Source: Candidatus Levyibacteriota bacterium (GTDB taxonomy: Bacteria > Patescibacteriota > Microgenomatia > Levybacterales > GWA1-39-11). Taken from it: a DNA stretch of 64,000 nt. The stretch lies in NCBI GenBank assembly GCA_036788695.1, contig DAIQMY010000001.1, positions 61,860-125,859 on the forward strand. Reading direction: 5' to 3'. The first letter of the stretch is position 1, and each line of letters starts with the position of its first letter. The position numbers and the translations under genes are program-made. Below are positions 46,131-55,127 of this stretch, piece after piece. The notes beneath the pieces are model-generated. The model did not search any database, had not been told where the DNA came from, and saw only the letters and a list, made by a program, of their open reading frames with translations.

Positions 46131-47435
46131 TTGAAACGACTACAAATCTCCAAATTAATTTTTTTTCTTTTTATCATTTTTCTTCCCCAACAGTTTGGTC
46201 CACATTTTTGGCCAAATTTCTCATATATACAAGGAATCAGAGTTGACTATCTTTCTTTGTCCCTCTATATTTCAGATGTTTTAATTATACTTCTCTTTGC
46301 GGTATCTATACGTTTTGTTTCAAAGAAACCTCTTTTTAAAAAATGCTTTTCAAATAAACTGCTTCTTCTACTTATAACACTTTGTGTTGCTTCTCTGTTT
46401 TATGCAAGAGCGCCATACGCAGTTCTTTTAGGTATGTTTAAGTTTTTTGAGTTTCTCTATTTGGGACTTTTTACCGCAACTGTAATAACAAAAAAGGATA
46501 TGGTAACAGCGTGCATTCTTTTTACATGTACTGGCGTGCTTGAATCAGTGCTTTCTATTTTTCAATTTATAAACCAGCAATCTCTAAATGGGGTCTTCTA
46601 CTACTTTGGAGAACGGTACTATAATATGTTAAGTATTGGAGTGGCAACTATGAGCTTGCCTCAAGGAATTTTGATACGTCCGTATGGCACATTCCCCCAT
46701 CCAAATGTACTCGCTTTTTTTCTTTTTTTCACCTCTGTATTTGCGACCTATGGAATGCATAATAGTAAAAATTTAAAACGGTATGTATTTTTTGCGGCAA
46801 TTATATGTATCCAAGCAGGTTTATTTCTTACGTTCTCAAGAGTTGTACTTTTTCTTAATCTTTTGTTTCTTCTCTATGCTTTCGGGTTTGTAACATTGCG
46901 TGAAACTACAAAGAAAAAATTAAATTATGTGTTTCTCGCTTTCCTTCTTCTGTTTACCCTATTCTATCTTTTTCTATATGGTATGCGTTTTAATCCTGCG
47001 AATTTTGTAGACAGCATAAATCCGCGTGGGAACCTAACTGGATTGAGTATAAAAGCTCTTTCTTCAAACCCTTTAACAGGTGTGGGATTATTAAACTTCT
47101 ACTCCTTTGAGGAAGAGGAACAATTAAACTTTTCAGCTATACATTTGCAACCCGTTCACAATATTTTTCTATTAATAGCAAGTGAGCTTGGATTATTAGG
47201 GTTATTCGTTTTCGGGTATTTTTTAAGTGTTGTATTTGCAACTGCGTGGAAAAAAGCAAGGTCTGAGAGTAGTCTGTTTTCTTATGATGAACTCCCTCTT
47301 GTTCTACTTTCCTCTCTTGTTTTTGCAGGCTTATTTGACCACTACCCCTTAACAATTCAACAAGGTCAACTACTTTTTGCCATAATCGTAGGATTTTCGT
47401 TTATAAAGGCCGATTCAAAACCAATTGGTATGTAG
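46131..47435 (+). CDS. O-antigen ligase/polymerase family (Wzy_C-like) polytopic membrane protein
   Basis: ~10-12 TM helices with a periplasmic loop near the C-terminal third (RPYGTFPHPN), consistent with the WaaL/PglL/Wzy_C family. Architecture-based call. Confidence 0.5.
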   Translation: MKRLQISKLIFFLFIIFLPQQFGPHFWPNFSYIQGIRVDYLSLSLYISDVLIILLFAVSIRFVSKKPLFKKCFSNKLLLLLITLCVASLFYARAPYAVLLGMFKFFEFLYLGLFTATVITKKDMVTACILFTCTGVLESVLSIFQFINQQSLNGVFYYFGERYYNMLSIGVATMSLPQGILIRPYGTFPHPNVLAFFLFFTSVFATYGMHNSKNLKRYVFFAAIICIQAGLFLTFSRVVLFLNLLFLLYAFGFVTLRETTKKKLNYVFLAFLLLFTLFYLFLYGMRFNPANFVDSINPRGNLTGLSIKALSSNPLTGVGLLNFYSFEEEEQLNFSAIHLQPVHNIFLLIASELGLLGLFVFGYFLSVVFATAWKKARSESSLFSYDELPLVLLSSLVFAGLFDHYPLTIQQGQLLFAIIVGFSFIKADSKPIGM

Positions 47436-47446
47436 CTCCCATATCT

Positions 47447-49609
47447 TTAAGGGTTTGGCGTAAGGGAAGGTTGAGGATGAGGACAATCAACACAGTATCT
47501 ATCCCCAGTCGGGTCAGTTACCACTCTATGATCTTCTTCTATAAGATTGTCCGTCTTACCTTTTGGGGAAAGATCATGCGTATCTTTATCAACTTGTATC
47601 TTTTGTTTTCCGGGATCTGTTTGCTTTGGTTGTGTCCCTTTTACAAAATACTCGTATCTGGTTGGACACCTGTCAGGTGCACCTTCAGGTTGAGGTAAAA
47701 GCCCTGAGTCAGCACAAACTGTAAGACCAACTACATTATCCGGTTGAATAAGAGCCTTAGGGGGATTTTTTTCGACCATATAATCCATCACAGACCTCCA
47801 AATGGGAGCAGCACCTGATACACCAGAGACTATTCCGCTCATGGGTGTGTTATCATTATTCCCTACCCATACCGCGACTACATACGAAGGAGAATAGCCA
47901 ATTGTCCAATTGTCTCTATAGTCATTTGTAGTTCCAGTTTTTACTGAAATCGGATAATTTTTAACTTTTAATACTGAGGACGGACCAAAGGCTGCGGTCC
48001 TTGCGCTATTATCTTGCAGCATGTGGGAGATGATAAATGCAACTCCGCTTGGAAGAACTTTCTCCCCAAATATTGGACTGCTTGGAGGAACATACTGCTC
48101 CAATACTTTCCCATTACTATTTGTAACCTTCAAAATTGGAGTAAGTGGAATTTTATACCCGCCATTTGCAAATACACCAAATGCCTCAGCCAAATTAAGC
48201 ATGGTAACTTCTCCGCCACCGAGCGTAAGGGACAATCCATACCGTTCGGGATCTGTAAAAGTTGTTATCCCCATTGCGGATGCAGTTGCAATCATAGCGT
48301 CAATTCCATTTGCCTTAAGCATTTTAACTGCCGGAATATTATATGAGTTTCCTAGTGAATACCTCATTTGCTGCACTCCATGGAATTTACCGTCGTAATT
48401 CACAGGACAATAATCAGGCTGTCCTACATTATTGAAACAAGTTTTCTCATCAACAAATGGCGTTGCAGCTGTAAATCCTTTTACTAATCCAGTCGCATAG
48501 TTAATAGGTTTTATAGAGGAACCAGGCTGTCTTCTTGAAAGAGCAACATTTACATTTCCGTCTTGGTCCGTATCAAAATAATCTTTTGACCCAACCATGG
48601 CAAGTATTTCTCCAGTTCCAGGCTGTGTCACAAGCGCTGCACCATTTGTAATTTTGTACTGTGAAGAATCCTCAATTTCAGCAGAAAGAGACGCCTGGGC
48701 ATATTCCTGCAATGCAAGGTCAAGCGTAGTTGTTACTTGTAACCCTCCTTGTTCAACCATCTTTTGTCCATATTTTTGTACCAACAAGTCTTTTACATAA
48801 AAAACAAAATGAGGAGCAAGAATTCTGTCTCTTATTTTTGTAAATTTAAGATCTTCTTTTAGGGCTTTTTCCATCTGTTGTTTTGTTACATATTTCTGTT
48901 CATACATTTTTCTTAATATCTCCTCCTGTCGTCTCTTTGCTGCTTCTGGATGCGAACCAAATGGTGAATAAAGAGAAGGCGCTTCAGGAAGCCCTGCTAG
49001 AAACGCGGATTCAGCCAAATCAAGCTTTGAAACTGGTTTATCAAAGTACACTTGGCTTGCTGCTTGTACTCCATAAGCAGTACCACCGTATGGTACTTGA
49101 TTTAAATACATCTCTAAAATTGAATCCTTCGAGTGAGTTTCCTCAACAATAAAAGAAAGTATAACTTCCTTAATTTTCCTTTGAATTGTCTGTTCAGGAG
49201 TAAGTAAGGTTGTCTTCACAAGCTGTTGAGTAAGAGTGGAACCTCCTTGTGTTTGCTTTTTAATAAGAGTAGAGTATGCAGCTCTTATTATCCCCCGAAT
49301 ATCAACTGGTCCGTGATTATAAAAATCTTTATCCTCTATCGCGATAGTTGCGTTTTGCAGATTCTTGGGTATTTTTGACAATGGGACAAAGGTTTGATTT
49401 TTAGAGGTGTAAATGGTGTAAAGCAGTTTTCCATTTCTGTCATAAATTTTTGATGACTGTGGGAAATTACGACTTCCTATAGTAGCAGTTGTCGGGATAT
49501 CTTTTAATACATAGAAATACGCAAATATAATAAAGGCAATAACTACAATAATAATTGTTATTCTTTTCCAGTGCATAAATACAAAGGTTTTCTTTATTCG
49601 TTCTTTCAT
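47447..49609 (-). CDS. Class A penicillin-binding protein (second PBP1A-type paralog)
   Basis: IEDKDFYNHGPVD and GGSTLTQQL (GT51). SSIK (SxxK), SVKTGTT (KTG). Single N-terminal TM. Confidence 0.85.
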   Translation of the reverse strand: MKERIKKTFVFMHWKRITIIIVVIAFIIFAYFYVLKDIPTTATIGSRNFPQSSKIYDRNGKLLYTIYTSKNQTFVPLSKIPKNLQNATIAIEDKDFYNHGPVDIRGIIRAAYSTLIKKQTQGGSTLTQQLVKTTLLTPEQTIQRKIKEVILSFIVEETHSKDSILEMYLNQVPYGGTAYGVQAASQVYFDKPVSKLDLAESAFLAGLPEAPSLYSPFGSHPEAAKRRQEEILRKMYEQKYVTKQQMEKALKEDLKFTKIRDRILAPHFVFYVKDLLVQKYGQKMVEQGGLQVTTTLDLALQEYAQASLSAEIEDSSQYKITNGAALVTQPGTGEILAMVGSKDYFDTDQDGNVNVALSRRQPGSSIKPINYATGLVKGFTAATPFVDEKTCFNNVGQPDYCPVNYDGKFHGVQQMRYSLGNSYNIPAVKMLKANGIDAMIATASAMGITTFTDPERYGLSLTLGGGEVTMLNLAEAFGVFANGGYKIPLTPILKVTNSNGKVLEQYVPPSSPIFGEKVLPSGVAFIISHMLQDNSARTAAFGPSSVLKVKNYPISVKTGTTNDYRDNWTIGYSPSYVVAVWVGNNDNTPMSGIVSGVSGAAPIWRSVMDYMVEKNPPKALIQPDNVVGLTVCADSGLLPQPEGAPDRCPTRYEYFVKGTQPKQTDPGKQKIQVDKDTHDLSPKGKTDNLIEEDHRVVTDPTGDRYCVDCPHPQPSLTPNP

Positions 49610-49619
49610 TATAGGGAGT

Positions 49620-49721
49620 TTTATCTAAACGGTGGAGTTGGATATAGATTCTGTATATAATATATATCGCATCACCCAATATGTTTAGATAAATTATATG
49701 TTTTTTTGTAACAAGATTCAA
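49620..49721 (-). promoter_or_regulatory. Minus-strand sigma-70-like promoter TTGAAT-17-TATAAT (49721..49693) immediately followed by a perfect 11-bp inverted repeat TTTATCTAAAC/GTTTAGATAAA (49693..49683 and 49630..49620) in the PBP1A-2 leader
   Basis: All read directly. The IR arms are 52 nt apart, and the downstream arm ends 10 nt before the ATG at 49609. Confidence 0.35.
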
Positions 49722-49726
49722 ATTTT

Positions 49727-50734
49727 ATGGATTTTTTAAACGTATACCACACGCTTACAACGCTACTATTTTCACTGCCCATAAATATTTTTGATATTAT
49801 CTTGACTATCGCGTTTATTTTTTACGTGTATGAAGAGGCCTCTTTAGGAGCGCTTCCAGCTTTAACAAATCTTGCAGCAATTGTTGCAGCGTTTATTGGT
49901 GGGCTATTGCTCTACCCACATCTTGCGTCTTTACTTATTGCCGCGTTTTCATTTTCAAAAGGTGTATCTGACGCTCTCTCATTCATTATTATTGCGGTAG
50001 CACTCTACGCTGTTACCACAAATATTATTGCGTACTATACACGAAGATCATCCCTCGTATTCCCAAACATATACTCAAAACTTTTAGGTGGCTTCTTTGG
50101 TGTAGTTTCATTTTTACTTATTTGTTCCTTTATCATATCTGTACTCTTATCCTTCCCTGTATCGATTGCTATAAAATCACAAATAAAATCGTCTCTTACG
50201 GGGCGCCTTATATTTACAAGAACTCTTTCCTTTGAGCTTGCAACTCGGCGAATTTTTGGAGGAGCAATATCTGACAGTCTTAACTTTTTGACAATAAAAC
50301 CTGATGCAGATAGCACAGTTACTCTCCACTTTAAAACGAATAAAGGAACCATAGACAGTACATCTGAAAAAAAAATGATAGCTCTTATAAACGCGGAAAG
50401 GGAGAAAAAGGGTATTCCCGCACTTATATTTGATAAAGCACTTACACTTGATGCACGCGCTCATGCAAAAGATATGTTAGTTAGAGGATACTTTTCACAC
50501 TATACGCCTGAAGGGCTATCCCCATTTGACAGACTAGAAAGCAACTCAATCTCCTACACAAGCGCTGCTGAAAACTTGGCTTTCGCACCCGAAGTCGATC
50601 TGGCAATGTCAGGTCTTATGAAAAGTGAAGGGCACAAAAAAAATATTTTAGATAAATCCTTTCATAAAGTTGGGGTAGGGGTTATTGATGCCGGAGTCTA
50701 TGGCAAAATGTTTGTTCAGGAATTTAGCGACTAA
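49727..50734 (+). CDS. CvpA-like membrane domain fused to extracellular CAP/SCP (YkwD-like) domain
   Basis: Four N-terminal TM helices. C-terminal ...HAKDMLVRGYFSHYTPEG...AENLAF...GHKKNIL is typical of bacterial CAP-domain proteins. Confidence 0.55.
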   Translation: MDFLNVYHTLTTLLFSLPINIFDIILTIAFIFYVYEEASLGALPALTNLAAIVAAFIGGLLLYPHLASLLIAAFSFSKGVSDALSFIIIAVALYAVTTNIIAYYTRRSSLVFPNIYSKLLGGFFGVVSFLLICSFIISVLLSFPVSIAIKSQIKSSLTGRLIFTRTLSFELATRRIFGGAISDSLNFLTIKPDADSTVTLHFKTNKGTIDSTSEKKMIALINAEREKKGIPALIFDKALTLDARAHAKDMLVRGYFSHYTPEGLSPFDRLESNSISYTSAAENLAFAPEVDLAMSGLMKSEGHKKNILDKSFHKVGVGVIDAGVYGKMFVQEFSD

Positions 50735-50762
50735 AAAATTATCTTTTTAGGCTACCCACAAG

Positions 50763-53402
50763 TTAATCTTTTATTTGAGTTAATTCTCTTGTAAATTCTT
50801 TATCCCCTAAAATATAGTCATTAAATAAAATAGTATCCTGGCTCCCTTTTTTACTTATTGTAAACCTTGTGTCGGACTGCAGTTGAACAGTTAATAGGTA
50901 CTTATCTGTTCCTGGTTGTTTTATGTAAAGAAGCGAGTAGGGCACCTTGCTTGTCTTCGGAACTATTTTTGCATTTCCGTACAAAACTCTCACCCTGCTT
51001 GTCTTTTGTGCTGGAATTGTAGCAATAAACCCTATCACCTTGTGGTTATTCGCGTCAATTTCTTGATCCACTTCAAGACCTGCTGGTTGTCGAAACCCTG
51101 GCTTTTCATATTGTGCAAACGCGGTCACAGCAGGAATAATTTCTTGCCTTACGCCATCAATAAATATGTTTACCTCTTGTGCATCTTGAGGTATTATAAA
51201 ACGTATATATGCCTTGTAATCCTGGTCTCCTGAATTTTGATATTCAGCAAGAACATCAGATTTAAGAATGCCCGGTTCAATAAATGCGGAATATAAAACT
51301 CTCCTATCTATGTGCGCATTTGCCTTATTTACTCCAATATTTGCTTCATTTATGGACAGGAAATCGGCTACTTCATACTTTTTATCTCTTGTATCTGACA
51401 TGCTCCCCGCAAGTCCCGCCCCCACAAAAGCCCTTTGGGTTGAATTATTAATAAATGAAAAGAGTATGTGTTTCTGAAACGCGAGCGGAAGAAGGGAGTG
51501 TGCTAGTTTAATTTTTTTTTGTTTATCGTTTTCAAATACAACCATCATTTTATTAAAAAGAGTATTGAGAGTATCTTTCTTTGTGCTAGATCCTGGGAAA
51601 AAATCTTCATGTATTGTTTTATCTAATAGCCCCACAACATTTTCACTTGTTATTCTATCCCCTGAAGGCAAACTTATCGGCCCGGTTATTTTTAATGCTT
51701 CTTTAAGAAGCGCCGTATCCACCGCTATAACCCCGTCTACTCTCCCTCCACCTTCCAGGTTGTATAATAAAGCAGACATGCTAGCTGAGGATGAAAAATC
51801 GGGAGAAAAATTACTATCCCTAAGATACAAATGCGGCTGAAGATATCTGCGTATAATATAATGTGGCTCAACATGCCCCTTTAACTGTCCATCTAAGTCA
51901 TAAACGTCCTGTATCTTTAATTGCTTAATTTCCCCATCTTTAAGAGTTAATTTACCAACTGACCCTACAAAACCGCCTGTTGGTCTAAGCTCTGTATTAT
52001 TTTGAAAAAGCAAAAGATACGTTTTTTCATCTTCAAATCCTAATACCGATGGCATAACAGGCAAAAGAGGAAGAACACTTGAGAAACTAGAAAGAAGTGA
52101 GAGAATTGCGCTTTTTCCATACTGAGGGGTATCTGGTCTTTCAAGAAGAAAATATAATTGGGTAAACGTAGAAAAAGCTTTCTTTAACTCCTCCTGGGAT
52201 ATTGCAGCATCATTCCCTTCAAATTCCGAAATAACGAGAACTATTTCATTTGATATATGAACCACATCTCCGAATAGTACAACCTGATCCCGAATCTTCC
52301 CCTGCGTTAGCTCTGATGGAAAAACAATAAATACAGAAATACTTTTGTTTGTAATCTCATACAGAATACGACTTGCGGAAAGGTATTTACTTGCTTGAGA
52401 AAAATTTCCCTTCGTAATTTCTTTAACTCCTAACTTAAATGTAAAAATGCTCGTTAAGAATAATAAAACCGTTAAAAAAACATATATAAGAAATCCAACA
52501 AGTAAAAACTTAAACATCGTCAGTACTTTTTTTAGAAAATATGTTTTCTCTTGGTACTTTTTCTTTTTTCCTTTCATTGGCTGCTGCTTTTTTATATCAA
52601 TCAGCTGTTCAATACTTTTTTCAAATCCAATTCCGTACTGAACGTAATGAGGCGTGATCGCAAGCCTCTCTTTGATTAATTGCATCCTATCTTTTTTTGC
52701 CAAAAACGTGTTCCCATCTGTATTATCTGCATAAGTCACGGAAAGTTCTGGCTCTTGCCGCTTCAAGATATGAATAAGAGACGTGAGCGTTTGAGGAGAT
52801 TTATAGAACAGATTATAAATAAACACAGGAGCCCTTACACCAAAAAGTAAATACTCAATTGATGATACTGCGTCAACGTCTGATATGGGGAATACCCTCA
52901 TAAGATCGTTCCCGGAAATAGTTATCTTCTTATCAGCTATAGCAGATTTGATAAGCTGAGATAGTGGAGTAGTCTGGTTACTATTGCCATAGATATCTCC
53001 TAAAAGCGCAATGACTACATTTTTTTTGTCCCGTAGAGACAGTAGTACGTCTATAAACTGTTCAACAACTCTATAAGGTATGATTACCACCACACGTGTT
53101 TTTCTTTCTTCTAATTTTAAAATTATCTCAAGTGCTTTTTTCTTTTGAGAAATATCGTCCAGGAATATGACCGAATGATTTAAATCATCTGAAAGATGGT
53201 CAAGAAAATGTGCTCCTAATGGAGATATTCTCTCATATACCCCTTCTACATTTTTTGAAGTTAACACATATATCTTACCGTTATCTCCTATTTTTTTAAC
53301 CAATAAATTTAAAAGTGTATTTTTGAGTCCAGAATTCGTATCAATTAATAAAATAGGGGGAGGGGCTTTCTTCACTTCTTCAACTACAAGGTGTTGGGAC
53401 AT
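50763..53402 (-). CDS. Large (879 aa) single-pass membrane protein with N-terminal cytoplasmic nucleotide-binding-like domain and large extracytoplasmic domain (DUF4012-like, tentative)
   Basis: N-terminal ILLIDTNSGLKNTL...IYVL Rossmann-like beginning. Central TM FLLVGFLIYVFLTVLLFLTSIFTF. C-terminal ~500 aa beta-rich domain. Family assignment is from memory only. Confidence 0.4.
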   Translation of the reverse strand: MSQHLVVEEVKKAPPPILLIDTNSGLKNTLLNLLVKKIGDNGKIYVLTSKNVEGVYERISPLGAHFLDHLSDDLNHSVIFLDDISQKKKALEIILKLEERKTRVVVIIPYRVVEQFIDVLLSLRDKKNVVIALLGDIYGNSNQTTPLSQLIKSAIADKKITISGNDLMRVFPISDVDAVSSIEYLLFGVRAPVFIYNLFYKSPQTLTSLIHILKRQEPELSVTYADNTDGNTFLAKKDRMQLIKERLAITPHYVQYGIGFEKSIEQLIDIKKQQPMKGKKKKYQEKTYFLKKVLTMFKFLLVGFLIYVFLTVLLFLTSIFTFKLGVKEITKGNFSQASKYLSASRILYEITNKSISVFIVFPSELTQGKIRDQVVLFGDVVHISNEIVLVISEFEGNDAAISQEELKKAFSTFTQLYFLLERPDTPQYGKSAILSLLSSFSSVLPLLPVMPSVLGFEDEKTYLLLFQNNTELRPTGGFVGSVGKLTLKDGEIKQLKIQDVYDLDGQLKGHVEPHYIIRRYLQPHLYLRDSNFSPDFSSSASMSALLYNLEGGGRVDGVIAVDTALLKEALKITGPISLPSGDRITSENVVGLLDKTIHEDFFPGSSTKKDTLNTLFNKMMVVFENDKQKKIKLAHSLLPLAFQKHILFSFINNSTQRAFVGAGLAGSMSDTRDKKYEVADFLSINEANIGVNKANAHIDRRVLYSAFIEPGILKSDVLAEYQNSGDQDYKAYIRFIIPQDAQEVNIFIDGVRQEIIPAVTAFAQYEKPGFRQPAGLEVDQEIDANNHKVIGFIATIPAQKTSRVRVLYGNAKIVPKTSKVPYSLLYIKQPGTDKYLLTVQLQSDTRFTISKKGSQDTILFNDYILGDKEFTRELTQIKD

Positions 53403-53420
53403 GGTCTTATTGTAGAAGAA

Positions 53421-53870
53421 TTAAATTTTACCATCAAGCGCCAGGTTAACCATACGGTCTGCTTCCTTATTTTTTTCACGCGGAATCGCCGTATAGACCG
53501 TTTGAATGCTCATTACTTTCTCCAATGACTTAACAGTAAAATATAAACTTCTCAATCCTTCATTTTTCACCTTGAATACTCCATTCATCTGATTTACCGC
53601 TAATGCTGAGTCCAAAAAAAAGTGAATGTCTGAACAGAGAGGTATGTTTTCTTTTACCCAAATTAAAGCTTTCACAATTGCTGTATATTCTGCTACGTTA
53701 TTTGTTGCTATTCCAATCTTTTCTCCCTTTTTAAAAACTACTTTCCCACCATCATAGATCACAAATCCATATGCCGCCTCTCCTGGATTATTTCGACTAC
53801 CTCCATCACAAAAAATTGTAAGCACCATACTATTTGATTTTACGTTTCGTAGAATTTTCCATGGTTGCAA
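53421..53870 (-). CDS. rnhA: Ribonuclease HI (short, archaeal-like form)
   Basis: CDGGSRNNPGEAAYG (DGGxRGNPG-type first catalytic Asp), conserved E (NVAEYTA) and C-terminal D (EADRMVN). Confidence 0.75.
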   Translation of the reverse strand: MQPWKILRNVKSNSMVLTIFCDGGSRNNPGEAAYGFVIYDGGKVVFKKGEKIGIATNNVAEYTAIVKALIWVKENIPLCSDIHFFLDSALAVNQMNGVFKVKNEGLRSLYFTVKSLEKVMSIQTVYTAIPREKNKEADRMVNLALDGKI

Positions 53871-55095
53871 ATATAAATGCGGGAATCATACAGAAAAAAA
53901 CAAGAATTTCTGTACCTACAGTAACTGCAGCTGATGCATTATACGAAAATACAGGAACAAGTACCACATTCAATACTATGTTCATGCACATGGTTAGAAA
54001 ATATATAATAATGAGACTGCGTATTTTTCCTTTCAGTAGTAATACCCATTGCATAAGACTCGTTAGGAAAAAAAACGGCAATGAAACTGATAGTATTTGA
54101 AGAGGAGTTTGGGACGCGGCAATATCACTTTTTATATACACTAAAAGCGGAGCTAAAAGAAAAACAAGAATTGACATAAAAACTGAAATTCCTAGCAGAA
54201 TCACAGAATACGATTTTACTCTTTTCCTGAATTCATATGAATTATTTTTATGTTGAATAAGAATGGGGAAAACGCTTGCTGAAAGAAATGTTGGAATAAC
54301 GAGTAAAAACTCAAAAATCTTATAAGAAAAACCGTATATACCAACATCTACATTTGTTTTATACATCGATAGAACTATGGTGTCAATCCTAAAATATATT
54401 ACATTTAAAAATAGCATGAAAGCGAGTGGAACTGCAGCAATAAGTGTTTTTTTTGAAAATGAATAGAACGAAATAGGCAAAATCCTAAAAAGAATACTTC
54501 TTTTCACCAAGTACAAGAGAAGTAATATTTGAACTAGCTCACCAATTGGATAGGAGAGTAGAATAAGAAAAAAATTTGATGATATAACACCCAGAATTAC
54601 CAAAAATATCACTACAATTGATGATATGATGCTAGGTAAAATTAATGTTTTTTGAATAAGTTTTTTTTGAGTTAACCCCGAAAAAGAAATAAGGACGCCT
54701 TCAGTAAATAGAGTAAAAGAATATACAAATACTCCTAGTTTCTCCAGCTGCGAAAACCCAAATGAAAAACCTGCTGGGACAAAAACTAACACGCAACACA
54801 CAAGTAAAAATACGCACAGTGAAAGAAGTAATCTTAAAAATATCAGGTTCCCAAAAAAATCTTCAGTTTTATCAAAATGATCCCTTAGATAAGTTGTATT
54901 TAGCCCAAAGTCAATGAGTATATAAAAAAGCGCGACAAATGAAGTAATCTTTACAAAACTTCCTAAGCTTGATACTCCTAAAAATGAAAGGATGAGTAGA
55001 GTAGTTAGAAATGTAGTAATAGTTCCCGAAAATCGGACAGCAATTTGAGAGGCAGTATTTAATAAAATTCGTACTAACTCAGACCGTTCAACCAT
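53830..55095 (-). CDS. MOP-superfamily flippase (Wzx/MurJ-like polysaccharide or lipid-linked oligosaccharide transporter)
   Basis: 421 aa with ~12 TM helices in the Wzx-like arrangement. Its 3' end overlaps the rnhA start by 41 nt. Confidence 0.6.
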   Translation of the reverse strand: MVERSELVRILLNTASQIAVRFSGTITTFLTTLLILSFLGVSSLGSFVKITSFVALFYILIDFGLNTTYLRDHFDKTEDFFGNLIFLRLLLSLCVFLLVCCVLVFVPAGFSFGFSQLEKLGVFVYSFTLFTEGVLISFSGLTQKKLIQKTLILPSIISSIVVIFLVILGVISSNFFLILLSYPIGELVQILLLLYLVKRSILFRILPISFYSFSKKTLIAAVPLAFMLFLNVIYFRIDTIVLSMYKTNVDVGIYGFSYKIFEFLLVIPTFLSASVFPILIQHKNNSYEFRKRVKSYSVILLGISVFMSILVFLLAPLLVYIKSDIAASQTPLQILSVSLPFFFLTSLMQWVLLLKGKIRSLIIIYFLTMCMNIVLNVVLVPVFSYNASAAVTVGTEILVFFCMIPAFIFATMENSTKRKIK

Positions 55096-55127
55096 TCTTA
55101 TATTATTATACGCACATCTTCTGTGGA

